Positions 1 through 9,958 of a DNA stretch of 64,000 bases are shown piece by piece. Position 1 is the first letter of the stretch. Every line of letters begins with the position of its first letter. Under the pieces are notes generated by a model. It was not told the origin of the DNA. It worked only from the letters and a program-made list of their open reading frames with translations, and searched no databases. The translations under genes were made by a program, and so were the position numbers. Source of the stretch: Nitrospirota bacterium (GTDB lineage: Bacteria; Nitrospirota; Thermodesulfovibrionia; Thermodesulfovibrionales; Dissulfurispiraceae); NCBI GenBank assembly GCA_963710375.1, contig CAVPZX010000002.1, forward strand, positions 288,001 to 352,000. Reading direction: 5' to 3'.

Positions 1-1
1 G

Positions 2-307
2 ACCCTTATTTTCGACGAGGTTGACGCAGGCATAGGCGGTATAACGGCTCAGCATGTCGGCAAGAGACTCAAGGACATTGCAGGCAGCAGCCAGGTGCTT
101 TGCATTACTCACCTGCCGCAGATCGCCGCACTCGCCGACCATCATCTTAAAGTCGAAAAGATCCTTGATGACAACAAAACGGTAGTAACCATTGTTCCCC
201 TGTCAGGCAGCGAGCGGCGGAATGAGATCGCACGGATGCTAAGCGGCAGGATTACGGAGGGGTCCATAAAGCACGCAGGAGAGCTGTTGGGGGCCGAGAA
301 CATATAA
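2..307 (+). CDS. recN: DNA repair protein RecN, C-terminal part (5' truncated by window edge)
   Basis: Frame from nt 2 reads TLIFDEVDAGIGG...QVLCITHLPQIAA...EIARMLSG, the RecN Walker B/H-loop end. Confidence 0.95.
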   Translation, partial: TLIFDEVDAGIGGITAQHVGKRLKDIAGSSQVLCITHLPQIAALADHHLKVEKILDDNKTVVTIVPLSGSERRNEIARMLSGRITEGSIKHAGELLGAENI

Positions 308-384
308 TTTTTACGCATTGAAGCATATCAGCCCCTGATGCATTGACAAAGGTAAACAGTGAAAATTAGAATGAAGAAATAAAC

Positions 385-615
385 ATGAGCATAACTCCAA
401 AGGGGAAAATTGTTATCGATACTGAGCGTTGCAAGGGATGCGAATATTGCATAGAGGCATGCCCAAAAGGTTCCATAATTGTTGATACCCGGTTCAACGG
501 TGCAGGCTTCTTTCCAGCCTGCTTCACGCATCCCGAAAGATGTACCGGCTGTGCCATGTGTGCCATAATGTGCCCAGAAATGGCCATCGAGGTCTGGAAA
601 CAAGAAAAAGAATAA
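385..615 (+). CDS. 2x[4Fe-4S] ferredoxin (KorD/OorD delta-subunit-like)
   Basis: Two CxxCxxCxxxCP motifs (CKGCEYCIEACP; CTGCAMCAIMCP) in 76 aa. Confidence 0.9.
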   Translation: MSITPKGKIVIDTERCKGCEYCIEACPKGSIIVDTRFNGAGFFPACFTHPERCTGCAMCAIMCPEMAIEVWKQEKE

Positions 616-633
616 ACCAGGGATCGCGAACCC

Positions 634-1341
634 TTACCTGATTTTAAATTTCCTGAAAGTGTCCATTACTTCGACTGCGGAAAGCTGACCCGGTGCAGAC
701 GGCTTATTGATAGATCCATAGGTAATCAGCGAGCCGAAAAGCGGACTGAATACCCTCGACGGCAAACCCTTGTCCCCCATAGCGATAGTGATTACGCCCT
801 GACTTTTATGCCGCAGCGTAAGCAGCATAAGTCTTATGAAATCATCTTCCTCCTTTGACGTTACCGCTATTTTCACAACATCCGCGCCATTCCGTCTCCC
901 TGTCGCAATCAGCTGCTCAAGAAAATTGTCAGACGGAGTTGATTCAAAGTTGTGGTAAGAACCTATAAGGAGCCTCCCGTTATCACTACACAGGTCCTTC
1001 GCCTGGTTCATTACATCGACTGCAAGTATCTCCACATCAACTGCATCAGCGAACGGAATTACAAGTCGGTACATAGCCGGCCTGTCCTGAATTTCTTTCC
1101 TCCCGCCCTCTTTACTGTCTCTTACTGTGGCAATAATCGGCTTACCGAACTTTTCCCTCGCGATCCGGAAGACTTGTTCAACGTGTTCCGGCGCAATGGA
1201 ATCGAACATATCAACCCTTAATTCGATTATGTCCGCGCTGTCCACATGCTCGGGCCCAAGACCGTTGACATCAGAATCCGTAAGCACCCCGGCAATGAGC
1301 GGTACATTGCCCAGTTTGCATTTGCCGATATACAAGTCCAT
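634..1341 (-). CDS. aroD: Type I 3-dehydroquinate dehydratase
   Basis: IELRVD, SYHNFESTP, ADVVKIA, AMG..G..SR and SAPGQ motifs. Confidence 0.93.
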   Translation of the reverse strand: MDLYIGKCKLGNVPLIAGVLTDSDVNGLGPEHVDSADIIELRVDMFDSIAPEHVEQVFRIAREKFGKPIIATVRDSKEGGRKEIQDRPAMYRLVIPFADAVDVEILAVDVMNQAKDLCSDNGRLLIGSYHNFESTPSDNFLEQLIATGRRNGADVVKIAVTSKEEDDFIRLMLLTLRHKSQGVITIAMGDKGLPSRVFSPLFGSLITYGSINKPSAPGQLSAVEVMDTFRKFKIR

Positions 1342-1416
1342 ATGGAATTAGTATAGTCGCTTGACTCATGAAACACAAACACCCGCCGTCTATTCGTACA
1401 ATATTCTGATAGTCCT

Positions 1417-1704
1417 CTATTTTACAAGCCCCTCCTGCCATCTCTCCTCAAGCCAGGCCGCCTTCGTCGTCTCCCCGTCGATCCACGCCTTGACGCGGAT
1501 TGAGCCTTCTTCAAATTCGTATGCGTCGGCGTTCACGTCAATATCCTCACCATTGCCGTCTTCCTTCTCGTACCAGTCGGCTGCAACCTTCCGCAACTTC
1601 TTTTCCGCCTCCTCCTCGCTCTCCGCCTCGACTATGTAGCTGTGCAAGTACTCCCTTCCACCCCCTTCCTCTGCTATAGTCCCTGCAAAATATCTTTTCG
1701 CCAT
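1417..1704 (-). CDS. Acidic hypothetical protein
   Basis: 95-aa ORF with AGGAGG SD upstream of the ATG; no family recognised. Confidence 0.65.
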   Translation of the reverse strand: MAKRYFAGTIAEEGGGREYLHSYIVEAESEEEAEKKLRKVAADWYEKEDGNGEDIDVNADAYEFEEGSIRVKAWIDGETTKAAWLEERWQEGLVK

Positions 1705-1875
1705 GATTAAGACCTCCTTTCGCCTTCATGCGCCGGATGTTGGTTAATTATGATTACCTTTTTATGATTACCATTTTAGCATATAATATCGGATCGGGGA
1801 ACCGGCAGCCGGTGCCTTAGGCTTCGTAAAACAGCTTGACAGATATTTCTAAAATCAGTTAAATTACAATAACTT

Positions 1876-1951
1876 GGGCGGTTAGCTCAGCTGGGAGAGC
1901 ATCACGTTCGCAACGTGGGGGCCGAGGGTTCGAATCCCTTACCGTCCACCA
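1876..1951 (+). tRNA. tRNA-Ala (CGC)
   Basis: Cloverleaf GGGCGGT/ACCGTCC with G3:U70, anticodon loop TT-CGC-AA, GGTTCGAATCC T-arm, encoded CCA; TTGACA promoter upstream. Confidence 0.97.
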
Positions 1952-2057
1952 TCTAACTCTTTGGAATGCAAGGGGAGTAGAGCAGGAAAAACCGTCTAAA
2001 TGGGCGGTTTTACCTGCCTATTTTTAGGCATCGGTTATTTAAAAAAATGGATAATAA

Positions 2058-3875
2058 GTGATCCCACCCAAGGAATTTATACACAAGATCCGTCCCTTTT
2101 CCTATTTATCAGAAGATGATCTGGACATCATAGTGTCAGGATTAGAAGTCGAGCTGTTCGAAAAAGGAAAGACAATCTATAAAAAAGGGCAGCCCTCGGA
2201 AAACGTTTATGTGATATTCTCCGGACTCATCGGCATCTTTGATGATGAAGCAGCTATTGATTACCTTTCCAGTGGTGAAATCTTTGGCCTCACATTACTT
2301 TATCCCAATCTGCTGACATGGACTGCCAGGGCCATTGAGGATACTGTCTGCTATGCAGTGGCTTATCGGCAATTCAAAACAGTCTTCGATTCAAATGAGA
2401 GGTTTGCATCGTTTTTCTCGACGTTGCTGAATAGAAGATTCCGCTCGTTCAAGACCATCGCTTCTGACAAAAAGATGCTTGAGGAGGCCTCGTTCGTTGT
2501 AGAGGTTGAGAGAATAATATACAAAAATCCTGTTATTTGCAGCCCCGGACTGACGATAGCCGGCGCTGCTTCTGAGATGGATGAAAATGAGGTCAGTTCG
2601 ATCGTGGTTGTAGACGCCACTAGAAAACCGATCGGCATATTGACCCATTCGGACCTGGCAAAGGTCTTTATTGAAGGTGATAAATTAGACCCGGTTGAGG
2701 ATTTCATGTCATCTCCGGTCAAGACCGTCAATGCGCAGGCGACGATATTCGAAGCCTACACAAAAATGATCGATGCCGGAATAGACCACATCGTTGTCAC
2801 CAAGAATGATAAAGTCTTTGGTGTAATCACCAGGAAGGACATTCAGATCCACCTTGAACCCTCCTTTTCAATAGTCAAACTGTTCAGAAAGGTCCACAAG
2901 GCGGTTTCCATCGACGAGCTTAAACCCGTATTCGAAGGTCTGATGGTATCGGTCTCGAAAATTGCGATGACCGGTCCGAATTTCTTCGACCTGACCAGGA
3001 TGTTATGCTCAGTTCATGATGCCATAGTGTACAAGGTTATTCGGATCCTTATAGATGATCATGCCGCTGATCAGCTCTTATGGGTCCATATGGGCAGTTC
3101 AGGCAGAAAGGAAGAGATCCTCGCTACCGATCAGGACAATGCCTTAATCTACCTGGGAGATAATCCCGCGGCACTGGCTAATAATATCAATGAGTCACTG
3201 GCCATAATTGGCCTACCCAAGTGCCCCGGAAACTACATGGCATCCAACAGCATGTGGAATCAGCCCCTACCGGTATGGAAAGAGTACTTCAAACAGTGGT
3301 TTTCAGACCCGATTCCTTATCATCTCCGATACCTTTCTGTGTTTCTGGACATGAGGCCTATATACGGAGAGACAGCCTTATACAATGAATTACTGGAATC
3401 TATAAAACATGCAGTAAAAGCCGAGACCCTAAAACTGATGGCTGAGGATGCCATTGAAATCAGGCCGCCGCTTGGGATATTCGGAATCCAGGGTCTGCGT
3501 CAGGGTGTGGACCTGAAGACCTATGGTATTTATCCTATTATAAACGGTGCAAGGGTCCTTGCCATAGATAGTGGAGTTTGGGGTATAACCAACACCAAGG
3601 AAAGATTGGAGGCGCTGAGTGCAAATACGACGATCAGCAATGGAATGTGCCAGGATCTGATCGAGTCGTATGGCTTTCTTCAGGATTTGAGGCTTAGACA
3701 CCACGCAAGGGCGGTGCTAAACAAATCCAAGACAAACAACCTGATAACTGCTAAGGAACTCTCGCAGGTCGATTTGCTCATATTAAAGGAGTCGCTCAAG
3801 ATCGTCTCAGAATTTCAGAAGTTCCTGATGAAAAAATATGACGTCAGTCGAACTGTCATTTATAGTCAATTATAG
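2058..3875 (+). CDS. cNMP-binding / CBS-pair / DUF294 nucleotidyltransferase-like signal protein
   Basis: N-terminal cNMP fold, CBS pair, MGSSGRKE...TDQDNALI, CPGNYMASN and DLK..GI.PI motifs. Confidence 0.9.
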   Translation: MIPPKEFIHKIRPFSYLSEDDLDIIVSGLEVELFEKGKTIYKKGQPSENVYVIFSGLIGIFDDEAAIDYLSSGEIFGLTLLYPNLLTWTARAIEDTVCYAVAYRQFKTVFDSNERFASFFSTLLNRRFRSFKTIASDKKMLEEASFVVEVERIIYKNPVICSPGLTIAGAASEMDENEVSSIVVVDATRKPIGILTHSDLAKVFIEGDKLDPVEDFMSSPVKTVNAQATIFEAYTKMIDAGIDHIVVTKNDKVFGVITRKDIQIHLEPSFSIVKLFRKVHKAVSIDELKPVFEGLMVSVSKIAMTGPNFFDLTRMLCSVHDAIVYKVIRILIDDHAADQLLWVHMGSSGRKEEILATDQDNALIYLGDNPAALANNINESLAIIGLPKCPGNYMASNSMWNQPLPVWKEYFKQWFSDPIPYHLRYLSVFLDMRPIYGETALYNELLESIKHAVKAETLKLMAEDAIEIRPPLGIFGIQGLRQGVDLKTYGIYPIINGARVLAIDSGVWGITNTKERLEALSANTTISNGMCQDLIESYGFLQDLRLRHHARAVLNKSKTNNLITAKELSQVDLLILKESLKIVSEFQKFLMKKYDVSRTVIYSQL

Positions 3876-4499
3876 ATGAGAATATCTCGTTCCACAGACC
3901 TGAAAACTGCCAAATTTTATGCCATTGACATTGAGACCACAGGGTTAGACCTTGACAAGGATGAAATTATATCATTTGCCTGTGTGCCCATCATTAATTT
4001 AAAAATTCTTGTTCGGGATACTTTTTATACCCTGATTAAACCTAAGAGTTACGACTATAAGGCAATGAGGTACCACGGCATTAGCAAGGATAATCTTGTG
4101 AATGCGCCTGCATTTGAAGAGGTATCGGACCGAATCCGGAATACTCTGGATGGCATCCTCGTGGGTCATTCTGTAGAGTTTGATTTCACATTTTTAAAGA
4201 CTAACTTCAAGGCATTGGGAGTGCGATTTAAAAGGGATATTATAGACATAGCATTGGTAGAGCGGTGGCTGAGGCTGAAATGGAAAACCGAGGAAAATAA
4301 TTTCAGCCTTGATGGCATGATCGAGGCTTATGGCCTGAAACAGTATTACCGCCATAATGCAGCTGCAGATGCCTTTTTTGCCGCCCAGATCTTTCAGATA
4401 CAGATGCGGGAAATGATGGCGCTTGGAATCGATTCGGCAGAAAAGGTTATCAAGGCTGCAAAGAGCGTCAGGCACGCCGATCCCGGCCTTGCCTTCTAA
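3876..4499 (+). CDS. DEDDh 3'-5' exonuclease (DnaQ-like), usual partner of DUF294 proteins
   Basis: DIETTGLD, GHSVEFDF and HNAAADA motifs; abuts the DUF294 gene. Confidence 0.9.
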   Translation: MRISRSTDLKTAKFYAIDIETTGLDLDKDEIISFACVPIINLKILVRDTFYTLIKPKSYDYKAMRYHGISKDNLVNAPAFEEVSDRIRNTLDGILVGHSVEFDFTFLKTNFKALGVRFKRDIIDIALVERWLRLKWKTEENNFSLDGMIEAYGLKQYYRHNAAADAFFAAQIFQIQMREMMALGIDSAEKVIKAAKSVRHADPGLAF

Positions 4500-4657
4500 C
4501 AAACTGTATTTAAAACATCCATCAACCCTAAATAGCTAAAACATAAGTTTGATTTTTTAGAATATTTTGTGGGTTAATAAAAGTGATTGGGGGCATTACT
4601 CATAAACCGTACCGGGGGAAATAAAAAGACTCAGGCACGAACAACTTGGAGGTAACT

Positions 4658-4861
4658 ATGCTAAGCTTACAGGATTCATTGGTAATACTGGCAATTGTCC
4701 TTGTCCTTTTTGGAGGGAAGAGGTTGCCGGAAATAGCAAGCGGAATGGGAAAAGCAATAAAAGGTTTTAAAAAAGAGCTTAACAAGCCCGATGAAATAGA
4801 GATCACCCCAGAAAAAGACGAGGCCTCCAAAAAAGATATTGAAAAACAAAACACTAAATAG
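4658..4861 (+). CDS. tatA: Twin-arginine translocase TatA/E subunit (copy 1)
   Basis: LVLFGGKRLPEIASGMGKAIKGFKK; GGAGG SD before ATG 4658. Confidence 0.92.
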   Translation: MLSLQDSLVILAIVLVLFGGKRLPEIASGMGKAIKGFKKELNKPDEIEITPEKDEASKKDIEKQNTK

Positions 4862-4866
4862 AACAG

Positions 4867-5220
4867 GTGGCTGTGATGGATGAGCAAAAACTTTTAATGC
4901 GGATAAGAAACAAGACAGACAATGAAAAAATGATGATCAACTCCCTTATGTACTTTGTCGCCGATACGGCTGTATTTACAGTAAACGATCTTGTCCGCCA
5001 AAAAAGTAAGCTTGTGATGGCCTGGCTTGAGGAAGAAACACTGAAAACAAAAAACCTTTATGAGCCTGAAAGCACTCTTACCATTAACAAGGTCCTTAAG
5101 AAGAGCGAGAAAGAAGCTATGCTGATTATGACATCGGACGGAACAATAGTGATCATATCGACAAAAGATCCGAAAGGAGTGGCCCCACAGCTCGCAAAAC
5201 AGCAGTCTCACCCCCGATAA
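4867..5220 (+). CDS. Hypothetical protein
   Basis: 117-aa ORF directly after tatA; no family recognised. Confidence 0.6.
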   Translation: MAVMDEQKLLMRIRNKTDNEKMMINSLMYFVADTAVFTVNDLVRQKSKLVMAWLEEETLKTKNLYEPESTLTINKVLKKSEKEAMLIMTSDGTIVIISTKDPKGVAPQLAKQQSHPR

Positions 5221-5778
5221 TTATTCGGCTTTCTTTTGCAAGTCCTTTTGTTCGTCTCTTTTCTCTTTCGGTTTTTCGCAAAGGGCATGGAGCAGCGCTT
5301 CGGTATCCGAGTCGGGAGGTATCGGTTCCCATTCGACATAATTGGCATCCTTCATAACCGAGCTCAACACTTCTCCATCTTTATTGTAATCAGCTTCCCA
5401 AAGCACACGGTACTTTCCCTTAGAACACTTCAATTGCTTTTGGGCCACAGTATAATCATAGTGATCATACCCCTTAGTCGTGAGACCCTGCTTTTTTTGT
5501 TCCTTTATCTGCCAGTCAATACCCTTTCTGTCCCTTATTATACGCTTCGTCCAAACGCTGACAATACTTAATTTGGAGAGTTCCAGATTCAATACATTAA
5601 AAACGGTTTTATAGGGATAATCGATCCTACTGGCATCGTAAAAGTACGAAAAATACTGATCCCCGGCATAAGGCCTCCAATCAGCGGCTTCGGCAGCAGC
5701 ACTGCACCAGATACCTGCCATTATTATCACTGCAATAAGTGCATTAGCGCCTGCTGACAGATTGTTTTTGTTTGCCAT
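5221..5778 (-). CDS. Exported protein, surface-adhesin E-like family
   Basis: Signal peptide ending AEA-ADW, YFYD..RI, VWTK, conserved Cys pair, WEPIPPDS..EAL...C. Confidence 0.7.
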   Translation of the reverse strand: MANKNNLSAGANALIAVIIMAGIWCSAAAEAADWRPYAGDQYFSYFYDASRIDYPYKTVFNVLNLELSKLSIVSVWTKRIIRDRKGIDWQIKEQKKQGLTTKGYDHYDYTVAQKQLKCSKGKYRVLWEADYNKDGEVLSSVMKDANYVEWEPIPPDSDTEALLHALCEKPKEKRDEQKDLQKKAE

Positions 5779-5947
5779 AGCTCATTCACCTCTTATCGAC
5801 AGTTCCGGATCATCGCGTCCCGGTCCAAACTCGGTTATTATAACTTAGCCGTATGGAAAAATGCCGCAGCTGGATGCAAAACCCTCTGCTGCGACAATAT
5901 AATAAGCATCTTTACATTTTTGTAGTATTTTGAGTAAACTGTTACTT

Positions 5948-7516
5948 ATGGCTAGGATCGGCAACAAAACTGTAGAAATGACTGCGCTGTACGAGATAAG
6001 CAAGCTTCTCGGCTCCTCGCTCAATCTAAAGTCAAACCTCAGGGGCGTTATGAGAATGCTCGCCGAATACCTTGATATGAATCGCGGAACAGTGGCTCTG
6101 CGCAGCAACAATGAAGTCTCAATAATAGCAGCTCATGGCATGTCTGAGGAAGAAATAAAGCGTGGAAGATACCGGCTCGGAGAGGGCATTATCGGACAGG
6201 TCGCAAAGCATGGCTCCCCTATTGTTATCCCCAATATCGGTGATGAACCGCTTTTTCTCAACCGGACCGGGGCGCGGAAAATTATTCGCAAAGAGAATAT
6301 CGCTTTTCTGTGCGTACCCATAAAGTTCAAAAATGAAGTGCTCGGCGTACTCAGCGTCAACAGGCTTTTCGGCTCGACGGGGATATCGTTTGAAGAGGAC
6401 GTCAGACTGCTTAAGATCATTGCCTCCCTGATAGCCCAATCAGTAAGACTGCACCAGGAAATTGAAAAAGAACGGGAGGCGTTCCTTGAAGAGAAAGAAG
6501 ACCTAAAACAGCAACTAAAAAGCAAGTACACGATAAGAAATATCATCGGCAATTCCGACCGTATGCAGGAAGTCTTTGAATCCATCCACAAAGTAGCGCC
6601 ATCAAAGGCAAATGTGCTGCTGCGAGGTGAAAGCGGCACAGGTAAGGAGCTGTTGGCAAAGGCAATACACTATATGAGCCCCAGGGCAGAGGGACCGTTT
6701 ATAAAGCTGAACTGCGCTTCTATTCCGGAAGGACTCCTCGAATCAGAACTGTTCGGGCATGAGAAGGGGGCATTCACCGGCGCTATGGTTTCACGCAGGG
6801 GACGGTTTGAACTGGCAAACGGGGGAACCATATTCCTTGATGAAATCGGCGACCTCCCGATGGTTCTCCAGCCGAAGATACTGAGAGTGTTGCAGGAAAA
6901 AGAATTCGAGCGGGTAGGCGGTGAAAAAACTTTCAAGGTCGATGTGAGGCTCATTGCTGCAACCAGCAGGAACCTTGAGGAACTAGTTGCGAGCAACAGA
7001 TTCAGGGAAGACCTTTATTACCGTCTCAACGTAGTCCCGATTTTCCTCCCCGCCCTGCGGGAAAAGAGGGAGGATATCCCATCACTTGTGGACTATTTCC
7101 TGAAAAAGTTTAATCAGGACAACCAGAAGGCGGTCGTCATGACACCGGAGGCCCTGAATTCATTTCTTCATTATGACTGGCCCGGTAACGTCAGGGAACT
7201 CGAAAACACCATAGAGCGGCTGGTCGTGATGTCAGGCGGTGCAGTCATAAGCCAATCCGACGTCCCACTGAACATCAGGGAACAGTTGATAAAGGCGCGC
7301 TATGCGGTGCAGATGAGAGATGCGCTTCCTTCCGCAATCGAAAACATAGAGAAGACAAAAATCATCGATGCACTTAAGAGTACAGGCTGGATTCAGGCAA
7401 AGGCAGCAAGGATGCTCGGCCTTACCCCGAGGCAGATAGGTTACAAAATGAAAAAGTATCACCTGCAAAACACAAACCCTGAACTGCCGGAACTGAATGT
7501 CCGGAGCTGGGATTGA
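5948..7516 (+). CDS. nifA: NifA-type sigma-54 enhancer-binding protein (GAF-AAA+-HTH)
   Basis: GAF domain (GEGIIGQV...P.FLNRTG), GESGTGKE, ESELFGHEKGAFTGA, FREDLYYRLNV, WPGNVRELEN, QAKAARMLG HTH; nif specificity is not provable here. Confidence 0.75.
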   Translation: MARIGNKTVEMTALYEISKLLGSSLNLKSNLRGVMRMLAEYLDMNRGTVALRSNNEVSIIAAHGMSEEEIKRGRYRLGEGIIGQVAKHGSPIVIPNIGDEPLFLNRTGARKIIRKENIAFLCVPIKFKNEVLGVLSVNRLFGSTGISFEEDVRLLKIIASLIAQSVRLHQEIEKEREAFLEEKEDLKQQLKSKYTIRNIIGNSDRMQEVFESIHKVAPSKANVLLRGESGTGKELLAKAIHYMSPRAEGPFIKLNCASIPEGLLESELFGHEKGAFTGAMVSRRGRFELANGGTIFLDEIGDLPMVLQPKILRVLQEKEFERVGGEKTFKVDVRLIAATSRNLEELVASNRFREDLYYRLNVVPIFLPALREKREDIPSLVDYFLKKFNQDNQKAVVMTPEALNSFLHYDWPGNVRELENTIERLVVMSGGAVISQSDVPLNIREQLIKARYAVQMRDALPSAIENIEKTKIIDALKSTGWIQAKAARMLGLTPRQIGYKMKKYHLQNTNPELPELNVRSWD

Positions 7517-7559
7517 CAGGGTTTGATTATAGCAGTTATACACAGGCCTGAATATTTAC

Positions 7560-8333
7560 GTGGGCAAAATAATCGCCATAACTAACCAAAAGGGCGGTGT
7601 CGGCAAGACGACAACTGCACTCAATCTTTCATCATCACTCGCCCTGTCCGATGTGAATATCCTCGTAGTCGATTCTGATCCGCAAGGCAACCTGACCAGC
7701 GGGTTCGGCATTAAAAAAGACCAGATGAAAGCTGACCTCTATGAAGTCTATGTCGGCAGGTCCCAGGTCCAGGACGCCATTGTCCAAACGCTGATCCCCA
7801 ATCTGCATCTGCTGCCGACTTCTATGGACCTTTTCGCGGCAGAGATAGAACTCCTCGAAAAGACCGACCGTGAGAATAAACTTAAAAATATTTTAAAACC
7901 GCTCAAAAACGATTATCAGTATATCTTTCTGGACTGCCCCCCTTCCTTTGGTCTTCTTACGCTGAATGCCCTCGTTGCAGCAGAGTCAGTCATTGTCCCG
8001 GTCCAGTGTGAGTATTTTGCGGTGGAAGGATTAAGCCTCCTCATCAAACTCCTCTGGCGGGTACGCGGGAGTTTTAACGAGGCACTTGACCTGGAAGGCA
8101 TATTGCTTACCATGTATAACAGGCACCTCGCACTCTCCAGACAGATTTCCGAAGAAGTGCGGAGGGTGTTCAAATCAAAAGTGTACGATACAGTAATCCC
8201 CCGTAATGTCATTCTCGCTGAATCTCCAAGTCACGGCAAACCCGCAGTGCTCTATGCCCCGAATTCAACAGGTGCGCAAGGGTATATAATGCTGGCAAAA
8301 GAAATAATGAACGACAACAGCCTGCTTTTCTAG
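7560..8333 (+). CDS. ParA/Soj family ATPase
   Basis: NQKGGVGKTTT, DSDPQGN, DCPPS, PVQCEYFAVEG and ESPSHGKP motifs; no parB adjacent. Confidence 0.92.
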   Translation: MGKIIAITNQKGGVGKTTTALNLSSSLALSDVNILVVDSDPQGNLTSGFGIKKDQMKADLYEVYVGRSQVQDAIVQTLIPNLHLLPTSMDLFAAEIELLEKTDRENKLKNILKPLKNDYQYIFLDCPPSFGLLTLNALVAAESVIVPVQCEYFAVEGLSLLIKLLWRVRGSFNEALDLEGILLTMYNRHLALSRQISEEVRRVFKSKVYDTVIPRNVILAESPSHGKPAVLYAPNSTGAQGYIMLAKEIMNDNSLLF

Positions 8334-8346
8334 CGCCCTAAAATGA

Positions 8347-9618
8347 TTAAAACAGCAGTTTCTGCCCCTCGGGTCTATTTCCCTTAATATCTCCGAAAAG
8401 CTTTACCTTGCCGAACTCGCCGTCATACCCCGGCACAATGCATATGTCACCGGCCCTGACTTTGGAAACAGCCTCTCTCAGTTTTTCGGATCCCGCCCTT
8501 TCGATGTCATCAAGCCGTGTTTTCATCAGGATTGTAAACTCATTGCCGAGTTTTTCAAGGAGACTGTAATACATCCCCTGGACCGCCTTGCTGCCTGCTC
8601 CGACCTTCAGCACTTCAGAAATAATCTCGGGCAGAGGAATCACGGATTTATACGGTGGCGAACCGTCGGGCCTGAAGCCCTCCTTCCTGTCCGCCAGGTC
8701 TTCTACACGATGCATCACTCCCACCGTGACTTTTTTGCCGCAAACAGGACAGCGGTATGCATGTTTGACAGTCTCTGCCGGGGTAAGACTCATGCCGCAA
8801 GCACGGTGTCCGTCATAGTGATATTTCCCCTCTTCAGGAAAAAACTCGATGGTACCAGCAAAGCCCTTACGCGTCTTAAGTGCGGTGATCATCGATGGGT
8901 ACGAAACTTCCGTATCAAACACGTTTGCCTCCCGTCCTATCTTGGCCGAAGAATGAGCATCGGAGTTGGATATAAGCGTAATGGTGTCAAGAGCTGACAG
9001 ACGCCAGTTCATAGGGGGGTCTGAAGAAAGTCCGGTTTCGATGGCGTGAATGTACGGGGTTAAATCTTCGAAACATTCCTTCAGGGAATCAAACCCTGAA
9101 TGTGAGCCAAATACAGAGAAATGAGGCGTCCAGGCATGGGCCGGGATTAAAATACTTTCAGGAGACTCATGTATAACTATATCAAGAAGCGACTTTGCAT
9201 CAAGACCCAATATGGGCCTGCCGTCAGACTTGAGGTTACCTATCCTTGATAACGCCTGGTTTATCCTTTCAGCATCATCCAAAGACGGGGCCAGTACAAT
9301 GGAATGAATCTTCCTCACCTTACCGTTCTTACTGTATATGCAGCTTATCTCTGCGGTAAGCATAAAAAAAACATCTGCCTTGCACAATTCCGGCACATCG
9401 TCATTTATCATTTTGCTCCTGAGCGTGAAAAGTCCGTTGCCGCAGGGCTCAAGTTTGTCCTTTAGTTCCTTTAACCATAGCGGGTGGGTAAAATCCCCTG
9501 TGCCCATGACCGTAATGCCCTTTAGCTGCGCCCATCTCCAGAGTGATTCGGGTTCCAGGTCTCTGCTCGTGGCACGGGAGAATTTTGAATGAATGTGCAG
9601 ATCGGCAATGAAACGCAT
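8347..9618 (-). CDS. Endonuclease Q family (PHP domain + zinc ribbon)
   Basis: ADLHIHSKFSRATS, PAHAWTP, NSDAHS, GKYHYDGHRAC, CPVCG...GV..RV and PGYDGEFG motifs. Confidence 0.88.
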   Translation of the reverse strand: MRFIADLHIHSKFSRATSRDLEPESLWRWAQLKGITVMGTGDFTHPLWLKELKDKLEPCGNGLFTLRSKMINDDVPELCKADVFFMLTAEISCIYSKNGKVRKIHSIVLAPSLDDAERINQALSRIGNLKSDGRPILGLDAKSLLDIVIHESPESILIPAHAWTPHFSVFGSHSGFDSLKECFEDLTPYIHAIETGLSSDPPMNWRLSALDTITLISNSDAHSSAKIGREANVFDTEVSYPSMITALKTRKGFAGTIEFFPEEGKYHYDGHRACGMSLTPAETVKHAYRCPVCGKKVTVGVMHRVEDLADRKEGFRPDGSPPYKSVIPLPEIISEVLKVGAGSKAVQGMYYSLLEKLGNEFTILMKTRLDDIERAGSEKLREAVSKVRAGDICIVPGYDGEFGKVKLFGDIKGNRPEGQKLLF

Positions 9619-9715
9619 TAGAAAGTATAGCACACTGCAGATAACCTGTTTGGTTGCAATAATATTGACTTCATTGCATAATATCTTATATCTTAAAAAG
9701 CTAAGCGTTGAACTT

Positions 9716-9786
9716 TGGGGAGTCGTCCAACGGCAGGACGGCAGCCTCTGGAGCTGTTTATAGGGGTTCGAATCCTCTCTCCCCAG
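9716..9786 (+). tRNA. tRNA-Gln (CTG)
   Basis: TGGGGAG/CTCCCCA acceptor, anticodon loop CT-CTG-GA, GGTTCGAATCC; followed by TCA rather than CCA. Confidence 0.95.
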
Positions 9787-9795
9787 TCAACAAAT

Positions 9796-9868
9796 GGTCC
9801 CATCGTCTAGAGGCCTAGGACGTGGCCCTCTCAAGGCTAAAACACGGGTTCGAATCCCGTTAGGACCA
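9796..9868 (+). tRNA. tRNA-Glu (CTC), integration target; C6:A67 mismatch and no encoded CCA
   Basis: GGTCCCA...TAGGACC-A; anticodon loop CT-CTC-AA; 3' half repeated at 12953-12996. Confidence 0.95.
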
Positions 9869-9958
9869 CTACTTTTTTATATTTCAATTAGTTAGTAAAA
9901 TATTCCGTAAAGAAAACCGGTCCCCAGACCGTCCGGAGCACTGATGTTGTGCCAATAC

